Below, piece after piece: positions 1 through 8,230 of a stretch of 64,000 bases of DNA. How positions within the stretch are numbered: the first letter of the stretch is position 1; the number at the start of each line of letters is the position of its first letter. The position numbers and the translations under genes are program-made. The notes below the pieces were generated by a model that made no database searches, was not told where the DNA came from, and saw only the letters and a program-made list of their open reading frames with translations. Location: the NCBI GenBank assembly GCA_023382455.1, contig JAHDVX010000005.1:133861-197860 (forward strand), given 5' to 3'. This stretch comes from Flavobacteriales bacterium. GTDB lineage: Bacteria; Bacteroidota; Bacteroidia; Flavobacteriales_F; PHOS-HE28.

Positions 1-51
1 ATCGTTTTTCGAGGCCGCGAAAGTAACCATCCCCGCGGTTCGGTCAAAAGC

Positions 52-1245
52 TCATTCCTTTTTTCCGATGATCGGCAGCCGTTCAAAGGGCTTGTTGCGG
101 TCAAATAGATAGCGGTAGGTGGCCAGGTTGCGGTAGTTGTGCGCGCCGAGGTTCTCGCACACACGCAACATCTTGGGGTTGAAATCGCCGATCCAGGTGA
201 GCACCGTGGTGGTGTAGCGCCGCGTGCGCAGCAGCCACTCGCCCATGAAGGCGATCATGGCGCCCTCCACGCCCTTGCCCTGCCATTCCTTGGCCACGCC
301 GAACACGATGCCCGTCATGGTGGTGGCGGTGCCGCGCCATTTGTGCCAGAGGAACTTCAACTTGCCCAGCCAATTGAGGTCGCCGTTGACGTGCCGGAAG
401 ATCTCGTTGAGCTCGGGCAGGTTGATGTAGAAGGCGATGGGCGTTTGCTTGTGGTACACGAAGACGATGATGCGCGGGTCGATCACCGGCTTCATCTGCT
501 GGATGGTCTTCAGCGCCACCTCCTTGGGCATGGGCTTGAAGTTCTCGTGGTCCACCCAGGCCGCGTTGAGCACCGTGCGGAAATCCTCAGCGAGCCTTTC
601 CACGGACATGCCGCGTGCGTCGCACACCTTATAGTCGGGGTCGTGCTTCAGCTGGTTGTACTTGCGCCGGAAGATGGGCTGCACCTCTTCCAGCGCATCG
701 CGTTTGAAGAAGAGCTGTTTGAAGTACAATTGGAAGCCGTACCGCTCGAAGAGCTGCACGTAGTAGGGCGGGTTGTAGTTGGTGCCGTAGATCGGTGCGT
801 CCGTGAAGTTCTCGATCAGCAGGCCCCAGAACATGTTGCGCTCACCGAGGTTCACCGGGCCGTCCATGGCTTCCAGGCCTTGGGCCTTCAGCCAATCGCG
901 GGCGGTGTCGAACAATAGGTTGGCGGCGGCCTGGTCGTTGATACACTCGAAGAAGCCGCATCCGCCGGTGGGCTGCTGCTCATCGGTCCAGGCGGTCTTG
1001 GGGTCGATGAAGGCGGCGATGCGCCCGCAGGCCTTGCCTGCACCGTCGTACAGCACCCATCGCTTCACGGCGCCAGCCTTGCGGTCGGGTCGGGGCTGCA
1101 GCAGCTTGTTTCGCTTGGGGTCGAAGACCTTCTCGATGTCCTGCTTCAGGTGCGGCACCCAGTTGGGGTCGTCGGCGTAGATGCGCCAAGGCAGCCGCAT
1201 CCAATCGTGCAGGGCTTGGCCGCTATCCGCTTCCTGGATCTTCAT
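52..1245 (-). CDS. GNAT-fold (YghO-like) protein
   Basis: Real start is probably MKIQEAD at 1245. Motifs GRIAAF, GFFECIND, GPVN, YNPPYY and PELN are typical of this family. The longer ORF to 1773 overlaps aroK. Confidence 0.75.
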   Translation of the reverse strand: MKIQEADSGQALHDWMRLPWRIYADDPNWVPHLKQDIEKVFDPKRNKLLQPRPDRKAGAVKRWVLYDGAGKACGRIAAFIDPKTAWTDEQQPTGGCGFFECINDQAAANLLFDTARDWLKAQGLEAMDGPVNLGERNMFWGLLIENFTDAPIYGTNYNPPYYVQLFERYGFQLYFKQLFFKRDALEEVQPIFRRKYNQLKHDPDYKVCDARGMSVERLAEDFRTVLNAAWVDHENFKPMPKEVALKTIQQMKPVIDPRIIVFVYHKQTPIAFYINLPELNEIFRHVNGDLNWLGKLKFLWHKWRGTATTMTGIVFGVAKEWQGKGVEGAMIAFMGEWLLRTRRYTTTVLTWIGDFNPKMLRVCENLGAHNYRNLATYRYLFDRNKPFERLPIIGKKE

Positions 1246-1309
1246 GGCTGTTTTGCAGGCGGCCAAGATAGGATCGACGGACCGGGACGGATGCTTACTT
1301 TGTGTCACC

Positions 1310-1825
1310 ATGCGCATCTTCATCATCGGCTTCATGTGCAGCGGCAAGAGCGTGGTGGGGCGGGAACTGGCCCAGCTGACCGGCCGCCGCTTCGTGGACC
1401 TGGACCGGGTGATCGAGCAGCGTATCGGGCCGATCCTGCCCTGGATGCAGCAGCATGGTGAAGCGAAGTTCCGCGAGGTGGAAAGCGCGGTGCTGGGCGA
1501 ATTGCTCACCGGTGGTGATGTGCTGGTGGCCTGCGGCGGCGGCACGCCGATGGCGGCGGACAACATGGACCGCATGTTGGCCGCCGGCCGTGTGGTGTAC
1601 CTGGACGTGCCCCATGAAGTGCTGCTGGCCCGGGCCATCCGCTCCGGCGGCGACCGCCCGTTGCTGTTCGGCCTGCATGGACAAGCCCTGAGCGACCGCA
1701 TCGGGGAGTTGATGCGCGTACGGGAACCGGTGTACCGGCGAGCGCCGGTGCACGTGCCGGGAGGGGGCACCACGGCGGAGACCGCGCAATTGATGGCGGA
1801 AATGCTCGGCCTTCAGGAAAGGTAG
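1310..1825 (+). CDS. aroK: Shikimate kinase
   Basis: MRIFIIGFMCSGKS P-loop, DLD, FREVE, CGGG and RPLL motifs. Confidence 0.9.
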   Translation: MRIFIIGFMCSGKSVVGRELAQLTGRRFVDLDRVIEQRIGPILPWMQQHGEAKFREVESAVLGELLTGGDVLVACGGGTPMAADNMDRMLAAGRVVYLDVPHEVLLARAIRSGGDRPLLFGLHGQALSDRIGELMRVREPVYRRAPVHVPGGGTTAETAQLMAEMLGLQER

Positions 1826-2316
1826 ACAGTGTCCTTGCGGCCCAGCTCCACGCTGATGTGTTCCTGCAACGTGGTGGTAAGGGTGAGCCCCACGATGTCC
1901 GCGCGGATGGGGAAGGTGCGGTGTAAGCGGTCCACCAGCACCACGGTGGTAAGGCGCTTGAGCGGTGCGGCCACCAGGTGCGCGGCGGCGTACATCAGGG
2001 TGCGGCCGCTCATCAGTACATCATCCACCAGCACCACCGCGCGGCCGTTGAGGTCCACATCGCCCTTGCCCAATTTGGCAGGGCCTTTCATCGGGGCGTC
2101 CTTGTCCAACGCAAGCTCGTGCAGTTCCACCTTCAGGGGTGAGATCTCCTCCAAGTGGGCCTTGAGCCGCATGGCCAGCTTGGCGCCGCGCGGGGCCACG
2201 CCCACCAGCACCACCGAGGTTTCGCCCACATGGCCTTCATACACCTGAAAGGCGATACGCCGCAACTTCCGCTGGATGCGGTCGTGCTCCAAAATCACTG
2301 TGCGTGTCCCGGCCAT
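1813..2316 (-). CDS. PyrR-like phosphoribosyltransferase
   Basis: PRPP-binding motif VVLVDDVLMSGRT and LVDR.HR.FPIRAD. Confidence 0.8.
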   Translation of the reverse strand: MAGTRTVILEHDRIQRKLRRIAFQVYEGHVGETSVVLVGVAPRGAKLAMRLKAHLEEISPLKVELHELALDKDAPMKGPAKLGKGDVDLNGRAVVLVDDVLMSGRTLMYAAAHLVAAPLKRLTTVVLVDRLHRTFPIRADIVGLTLTTTLQEHISVELGRKDTVYLS

Positions 2317-2382
2317 GGGCCGAAAGTACAAGAGCGGCGGATGATCCGCGGTTTTCCCCGCCGGTGCTGAACTTCGCCGCCG

Positions 2383-3135
2383 ATGCTGATCGTCCTTTCC
2401 CCCGCCAAACGACTAAACGAAGGACCCGTTGACAGCCTTCGAGGCACCACGGAGCCGGTGTTCGCTGAACCCGCCCTGCAACTGGTGGAGAAGCTGAAGA
2501 AGCTTTCCGCCAGCAAGCTGCGTACGCTGATGGGCGCCAGCACGGAGATCGCCGCGCTGAACCACGCCCGCTTCCAGGCCTGGGAGGAAACACCGCGCAA
2601 GCCCGCGGCCCTGCTTTACGACGGCGAGGCCTACCGCAAGCTGGACGCACCTTCACTCGATGCCGACGACCGGCGCTTCGCCCAGCGCCACCTGCGGCTG
2701 CTCAGCGGCCTCTACGGCGTGCTGCGCCCCTACGACCTGATCACCCCGTACCGCCTGGAGATGGGCACGCGCCTTCCCGTGGGCCGCGCCAAGGACCTGT
2801 ACGCCTTTTGGGGCGGACGTATCACCGCGGAACTGGCCGACACCGCACGAAGGAACAAGGATGAGGTGCTGCTGAACCTGGCCTCGGAAGAGTACGCCAA
2901 GGCCATCCACCGGGAAACGCTCGGTGTGCCGGTGATCACGCCGGTCTTCAAGGAACGCACGGCCAAAGGGCTGCGTACCGTGATGGTGCATGCCAAGCAC
3001 CAGCGCGGGGCCATGGCACGCTGGATCATCCAGCGGCGGGTGCTGGATGCGGATGCCATCAAAACATACGAGGTGGACGGCTACCGCTTCCAGCCCGGGG
3101 AGAGCAACGGGGCGGAATGGCTGTTCGCGCGGTAG
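2383..3135 (+). CDS. yaaA: YaaA/UPF0246 peroxide-stress DNA-binding protein
   Basis: LSPAK, LSGLYGVLRP.D.I.PYRLEMG, NLASEEY and AK..RG motifs. Confidence 0.9.
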   Translation: MLIVLSPAKRLNEGPVDSLRGTTEPVFAEPALQLVEKLKKLSASKLRTLMGASTEIAALNHARFQAWEETPRKPAALLYDGEAYRKLDAPSLDADDRRFAQRHLRLLSGLYGVLRPYDLITPYRLEMGTRLPVGRAKDLYAFWGGRITAELADTARRNKDEVLLNLASEEYAKAIHRETLGVPVITPVFKERTAKGLRTVMVHAKHQRGAMARWIIQRRVLDADAIKTYEVDGYRFQPGESNGAEWLFAR

Positions 3136-3155
3136 ACCGGGGATAACTTTACGCG

Positions 3156-3980
3156 GTGCTCGCCTTTCTCCTATACTCGTTGGGCCTGTTGGGCCTGGTC
3201 TACCTGGGCGTCTGCCTCTTCTACTGGTGGTTCCAGGAGCGGTTCATCTTCGTGCGCTTCCCCTTGCCCGAGCGTTATGTGTTCCGCTTCCCGCAACCCT
3301 TCGAGGAATGGCGCATGGAACGGCCGGACGGGGCAAGGCTGCATGCGCTGTTCTTCACGGTGGACGAACCGGCCGGCGCGGTGCTCTACCTGCACGGCAA
3401 CACCGGCAGCCTGCGCCGCTGGGGCAAGCGCGCACCGCGCTTCACCAACCAGCGCCATGCCGTGCTGATGCCCGACTACCGGGGCTACGGCAAGAGCACC
3501 GGCGCACTCTCCGAGGCCGCCCTGCACGCCGATGTGCTGGCCTGGTACGACCGGCTGGCCGCCCGTTTCGGCGAGGGGAAGGTGCTGGTCTACGGCCGCT
3601 CCCTGGGTACCGGAATGGCCGTGCCCGTGGCCGCGGCCCGCTCGCCCCGCGCCCTGGTGCTGGAGTCTCCGTTCGCCAATTTCCTGGATGTGGCCCGGCA
3701 CTACCTGGCCATCCTGCCCTACCGCTGGCTGCTGAAGTACCGCTTCCGCAGCGATACAGCCATCCGCAAGGTGCGCTGCCCGGTGTACATCTTCCACGGC
3801 ATGCGCGACCCGCTGGTGCCCTACAGCAGTGCGCTGCGCCTGTATGCCGCCATACCGACGGACGTGCCCCGCGAGCTCATCACCTTCCCCAAGGGCTACC
3901 ACAGCGACTTGGCGGGCTATCCGCGCTTCCGGCGCAAGCTGCGCGCCATCCTGGGCCGGGGAGAGGAAAAGCCCCGTTAA
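3156..3980 (+). CDS. Membrane-anchored alpha/beta hydrolase
   Basis: N-terminal TM helix, LHGN, DYRGYG, nucleophile elbow GRSLG, HG..D and C-terminal His. Confidence 0.85.
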   Translation: MLAFLLYSLGLLGLVYLGVCLFYWWFQERFIFVRFPLPERYVFRFPQPFEEWRMERPDGARLHALFFTVDEPAGAVLYLHGNTGSLRRWGKRAPRFTNQRHAVLMPDYRGYGKSTGALSEAALHADVLAWYDRLAARFGEGKVLVYGRSLGTGMAVPVAAARSPRALVLESPFANFLDVARHYLAILPYRWLLKYRFRSDTAIRKVRCPVYIFHGMRDPLVPYSSALRLYAAIPTDVPRELITFPKGYHSDLAGYPRFRRKLRAILGRGEEKPR

Positions 3981-4037
3981 CGATCATTGCGCCGCCGCAT
4001 GTGCCGGCCGTGTACCTTCGCCGACCATTTCAAACCC

Positions 4038-4763
4038 ATGAACATCAAACTTTCCTTTTTCACCTTGCTCGCCATCCTGGCCAGCGCCTGCACCAACCAG
4101 GCCACCGGACAGCTGGGCCGCGACCTGAAACTCGCCAGCCGACTGGATTCCGTGAGCTACGGCATCGGTTCGGACGTGGGGGGCAACCTGAAGATGAACC
4201 TGGAGCAGGCCGGGCTTGATTCCCTGAACATCGACGCCCTCTTCATCGGCATGCGCGACGCCATGGACAGCAACATGCGCTTCGACCTCGAGAAGATCAA
4301 GGCCACCGTGCATGCCTACATGCTGGATGCCCAGAAGGCCGCCATGGCCAAGCAGCAGGCCGAGGCCGAGGCCACCTTGGCGGAAGGAACCAAGTTCCTG
4401 GCCGAGAACGGCAAGAAGCCCGGCGTGGTGACCACGGCCAGCGGATTGCAGTACGAGGTGCTGCAGATGGGCAAAGGCCCGAAGCCCGCGGCCGAGGAGA
4501 CCGTGAAGGTCCACTACAAGGGTACCCTGATCAACGGGAAGCAGTTCGACAGCTCCTACGACCGCGGCGAGCCGGCCGAGTTCCCCGTGAACGCGGTGAT
4601 CCCCGGGTGGACCGAGGCCCTGCAGCTGATGCCGGTGGGTTCGCGTTGGAAGCTGTACATCCCCAGCGACCTCGCCTACGGCCCGCAGGGCGCCGGGCAG
4701 GACATCCCGGGCAACAGCACGCTCATCTTCGAGGTGGAGCTGCTGGACATCGTGAAGAAGTGA
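4038..4763 (+). CDS. FKBP-type peptidyl-prolyl isomerase (Mip/FklB-like lipoprotein)
   Basis: Lipobox LASAC, SY.IG N-terminal domain, SGLQY, HYKGTL, FDSS, VIPGWTEAL. Confidence 0.92.
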   Translation: MNIKLSFFTLLAILASACTNQATGQLGRDLKLASRLDSVSYGIGSDVGGNLKMNLEQAGLDSLNIDALFIGMRDAMDSNMRFDLEKIKATVHAYMLDAQKAAMAKQQAEAEATLAEGTKFLAENGKKPGVVTTASGLQYEVLQMGKGPKPAAEETVKVHYKGTLINGKQFDSSYDRGEPAEFPVNAVIPGWTEALQLMPVGSRWKLYIPSDLAYGPQGAGQDIPGNSTLIFEVELLDIVKK

Positions 4764-4783
4764 TCCCGGACCACGGCACATGG

Positions 4784-4807
4784 AAAGGCCCGGGCGACCG
4801 GGCCTTT
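4784..4807. terminator. Likely bidirectional intrinsic terminator
   Basis: AAAGGCCCGG-GCGA-CCGGGCCTTT hairpin followed by a T run, between convergent genes. Confidence 0.75.
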
Positions 4808-4808
4808 T

Positions 4809-5093
4809 TCATTCCGCGGCCGGGCCTTCGGGCAGGGGCCGCCAATGCGAGACCTGCTCGAAGAAGCAGTTGCTGCTGCCCTCCCCAAGCCAAAAGTGCC
4901 GGTGCGTGGCGCGGCCGGTCTTGCTGGGGTTCTTGATGAACCAGTCCTCGGCGAAGCGCAGGATCACCACCAGGCGGGCCTCCCGGCCGGCCAGGCCGGG
5001 CAGCTGAACGCCATGGCCGGGCAGCCAGCAGAGCACGCGTTGCCCGTCGGCGGGCAGCCGTTCGGTGCAGGGTATCCAATCCGCCGTGCTCAT
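4809..5093 (-). CDS. DUF551-like small protein
   Basis: WIPCTERLP...VL...VSHWRPLP signature; 4-bp ATGA overlap with the upstream gene. Confidence 0.7.
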   Translation of the reverse strand: MSTADWIPCTERLPADGQRVLCWLPGHGVQLPGLAGREARLVVILRFAEDWFIKNPSKTGRATHRHFWLGEGSSNCFFEQVSHWRPLPEGPAAE

Positions 5094-6655
5094 GCGTCCG
5101 TGCCGGGCTTGGCGTCCTCCTCCAGCAGGTCCGGGGGCACGGCCGGCGAAAGTGCGGCGGACAGCAGGCGGTCCACGGCGCGGTCCGCGCTTTGCTTGTC
5201 CTGCGCGATGCCACGCTCGGCGAGCTTCTTGCCCTCCTTGCGGATGAGGTATTTCACCACCTCCTCATGCACCTCCAGCCCGGTGTTGGTGATGAAGCAG
5301 ACCTTGCTGCGCGTCCAGTGCCAGATCAGCAGCGTGGCCAGGCGGATGGAGGTGCGGTCATGCACGCGGCCGCCTTGCACCACCAGCCCTTGGTGGCCCG
5401 GATACTGGACCAGGGCGTGGAGCACCGTGCGGATGCAACGCTGCATCCCCTCGGTGGTGAGGTCGCCGGCCGGGTGCATCACCAGGTCCTCGGGGGTGCT
5501 GGTGTCCGGCCGTTGGAAGTACATCTGGTGGGAGCGGGGCATGCTCTTGTTGAACTCGGCCATGGCGGGGTTCACCAGGCCGGGGAGGGCCACCAGCGTA
5601 CCGTCATGCCCGTCCACCGCCTCGCGTTCCTTGTCCGCCAGCATCTCCAGGAAATCGGCGCGCAGCACGCCGTCCGGCTGGGGCGGCAGAACGAAGGCCG
5701 GTGCGCCGATGGCGTGTGCCTGGCGGCGGTGGCAGATGCTGATGGTGCGCAGGCTGGCGCTGCGCAGGAAATGCGCATTCAGCCCGATGTGCTCCCGGTC
5801 GGGCAGCACGGGCTTGTCCGGGTGGCTGAACAAGGCCACATGGTCGGCGGCGAAGGCCTGCGGGGCCATGGCCAACCCGGCGGAATGGTGCCGCAGTTCG
5901 TGCAGCACCTCGTCGGCCTCCAGCAGCACGGCCAGGCTGTCCATCATCACCGTGGCCTTGAAGGTGCCGCGCGCGAATTCAAGCCGGTCCTCCAGCAGGC
6001 TGAAGATCTCCTTCCACAGCCGCGCTTCCGCATGGCCGCCCAGGTCGCGCAGGTACAGGTACACGCCGCCTTGGCGCAGGCGCATGCGCTCGGCACTGAG
6101 CACGGCCACCAGGGCCAGGTCCACGAAGGTGGCGGCCAGGGGTTCGCCGGGCGTGCCGATGCAATGGTCCGTGGCGTGCAGCGGCCGGGGCACCACCATC
6201 AGGCGCGTGGTGCTTCCGGGGTTGATCCGTACCCGCGATCCGTCGTTGCCCACGTAGGCGAGGTGCAGTGCGGCGGCCCGCTCGATGTTCTTGTGGGCCC
6301 GAAGGATGGCGCCCCGCTCATTGGGCGTCATGTCCCAGAGGTCGGCCACATAGCTCTTGGCCCCGGCGTTCATGCCGTCGATCAGTTCCTTTCGGCTGCA
6401 TCCCCCGATCAGTTCCACCCGGCGTTCCAGCAATTCGGCCGGCACAGGGTCCACCTGCCAGTTGCCATGCCGCGTGGCCGCGGTCTCCGCGAGCTCGCCC
6501 ACGGACCCCGTCCGCAGGGCATCGCGGCGCGCTTCCCCTTGCTGCAGCACCTGTAGCCGCTGCTCGCCGAAGCGCGCGTGGAGCAGGTGCACCAGCTCCA
6601 TCACCGCAGGGGTGAACAAGCGGTCCGTGTTGCGGGCTGTCAAGGTGGTCGGCAT
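5090..6655 (-). CDS. Malate synthase A-like protein with degenerate active-site motifs
   Basis: RRVEL, LPDR, CHRR, DK.REA.DGHDGT and T.EG motifs match the AceB scaffold, but the catalytic motifs are altered. Confidence 0.8.
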   Translation of the reverse strand: MPTTLTARNTDRLFTPAVMELVHLLHARFGEQRLQVLQQGEARRDALRTGSVGELAETAATRHGNWQVDPVPAELLERRVELIGGCSRKELIDGMNAGAKSYVADLWDMTPNERGAILRAHKNIERAAALHLAYVGNDGSRVRINPGSTTRLMVVPRPLHATDHCIGTPGEPLAATFVDLALVAVLSAERMRLRQGGVYLYLRDLGGHAEARLWKEIFSLLEDRLEFARGTFKATVMMDSLAVLLEADEVLHELRHHSAGLAMAPQAFAADHVALFSHPDKPVLPDREHIGLNAHFLRSASLRTISICHRRQAHAIGAPAFVLPPQPDGVLRADFLEMLADKEREAVDGHDGTLVALPGLVNPAMAEFNKSMPRSHQMYFQRPDTSTPEDLVMHPAGDLTTEGMQRCIRTVLHALVQYPGHQGLVVQGGRVHDRTSIRLATLLIWHWTRSKVCFITNTGLEVHEEVVKYLIRKEGKKLAERGIAQDKQSADRAVDRLLSAALSPAVPPDLLEEDAKPGTDA

Positions 6656-6893
6656 GGATGGAGCGGGCCGTTATACGGTGCCGGACAGACGGGAGTTCCC
6701 CTGCCGGGCGGCGCAAAGTTCGCAACGGTTCGGCGTTGCACACATCCCGGTCCAGGCCCGTTCACGAAGGTATGGCCACCTTGCCTTCTTGGTTGCGCGG
6801 CCGGGCGGGAAGTGGCGAGGCGCAAGCGGCCCGGCCGTCGGGGTGGCATGCCGTACTTTCGCCACCCCCTTTGCGCTACCAAGGCAATTCAGC

Positions 6894-8213
6894 ATGAGAG
6901 CGATCCCCACAATTTCCGCCTGCATGATGGCAACCATCACGGCCACGGCCCAGACCCGCGAGATCCAATTCACCGAGTTCGACCTGCCCAACGGGCTCCA
7001 TGTGATCCTCCATGAGGACCACAGCACCCCGATCGTGGCCGTGGGCGTGATGTACCACGTGGGCAGCAAGGACGAGGCCAACGACCGGCGCGGCTTCGCC
7101 CACTTCTTCGAGCACCTGCTCTTCGAAGGATCCGATAACATCGGCCGTGGTGAGTTCGCCAAGTACGTGGAGAAGGCCGGCGGCGTGCTCAACGCCAACA
7201 CCACCGGCGACCGCACCTACTACTACGAGGTGCTGCCCAGCAACCAGCTCGACCTCGGCCTTTGGCTGGAGAGCGAGCGCATGCTCCACGCCAAGGTGGA
7301 CACCAAGGGCATCGAGACGCAGCGCGAGGTGGTGAAGGAGGAGCGCCGCCAACGCTATGAGAACCAGCCCTACGGCAGCATCCTGCCCGAGGTGCTCCGC
7401 CGCGCCTACCACAAGCATCCCTACCAGTGGCCCACCATCGGTTACATGGAGGACCTCAACGCCGCGACGGAGAAGGACTACCGTGAGTTCTACAAGACCT
7501 TCTACGTGCCCAACAACGCCGTGCTGGTGCTGGCCGGAGACCTGGACAGCAAGAAGGCCACGGCGGCGCTCACCAAGTACTTCGGCCCCATCGCCAAGGG
7601 CAAGGCCGTGCCCCGCAACAAGGTGGTGGAGCCGCCGATGACGGGCGAGGTGCGCGACACCGTGTATGACAAGATCCAACTGCCCGCCGTGGTGCAGGCC
7701 TACCGCATCCCCGCGCTGGGCACGCCCGACTTCTATGCCGTGGACATGCTGAACCGCCTGCTGAGCAACGGCAACAGCAGCCGCCTGGTGAAGAACGTGA
7801 AGGATGCCGAGCAGAAGGCCGTCTTCGTCGGATCCTTCAGCCTGCCCTTCGAGGATCCCGGCTTGGCCATCGCCTTCGCCGTGGCCAACATGGGCGTGGC
7901 GCCCGACAGCCTGGAAGCCAGCATGGACCGGCAGTTCGCACGGGTACGGGAGGAGCTGGTGCCCGAGGGCGAACTCGCCAAGCTGAAGGTGCAGATCGAG
8001 ACCGAGCACGCCAACGACAACGGGCGCGTGAGCGGCATCGCCCACAACCTGGCCAACGCCTACACCTTCCTGGGCGGGGCGGACAAGGTGAACACGGAGA
8101 TCGAGCAATACCTCGCCGTCACCCCGGCCGACCTGCAGCGCGTGGCCCGCAAGTACTTCATGCCGGAGAACCGCGTGGTGCTCTATTACCTGCCCTTGAA
8201 CCAGAAGAATTAA
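6894..8213 (+). CDS. M16 family zinc peptidase, catalytic subunit
   Basis: HFFEH (HxxEH), NA.T..D.T.Y, ESERM, EERR; signal peptide. Confidence 0.92.
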   Translation: MRAIPTISACMMATITATAQTREIQFTEFDLPNGLHVILHEDHSTPIVAVGVMYHVGSKDEANDRRGFAHFFEHLLFEGSDNIGRGEFAKYVEKAGGVLNANTTGDRTYYYEVLPSNQLDLGLWLESERMLHAKVDTKGIETQREVVKEERRQRYENQPYGSILPEVLRRAYHKHPYQWPTIGYMEDLNAATEKDYREFYKTFYVPNNAVLVLAGDLDSKKATAALTKYFGPIAKGKAVPRNKVVEPPMTGEVRDTVYDKIQLPAVVQAYRIPALGTPDFYAVDMLNRLLSNGNSSRLVKNVKDAEQKAVFVGSFSLPFEDPGLAIAFAVANMGVAPDSLEASMDRQFARVREELVPEGELAKLKVQIETEHANDNGRVSGIAHNLANAYTFLGGADKVNTEIEQYLAVTPADLQRVARKYFMPENRVVLYYLPLNQKN

Positions 8214-8230
8214 CCCGCCATCCCAGGAAC

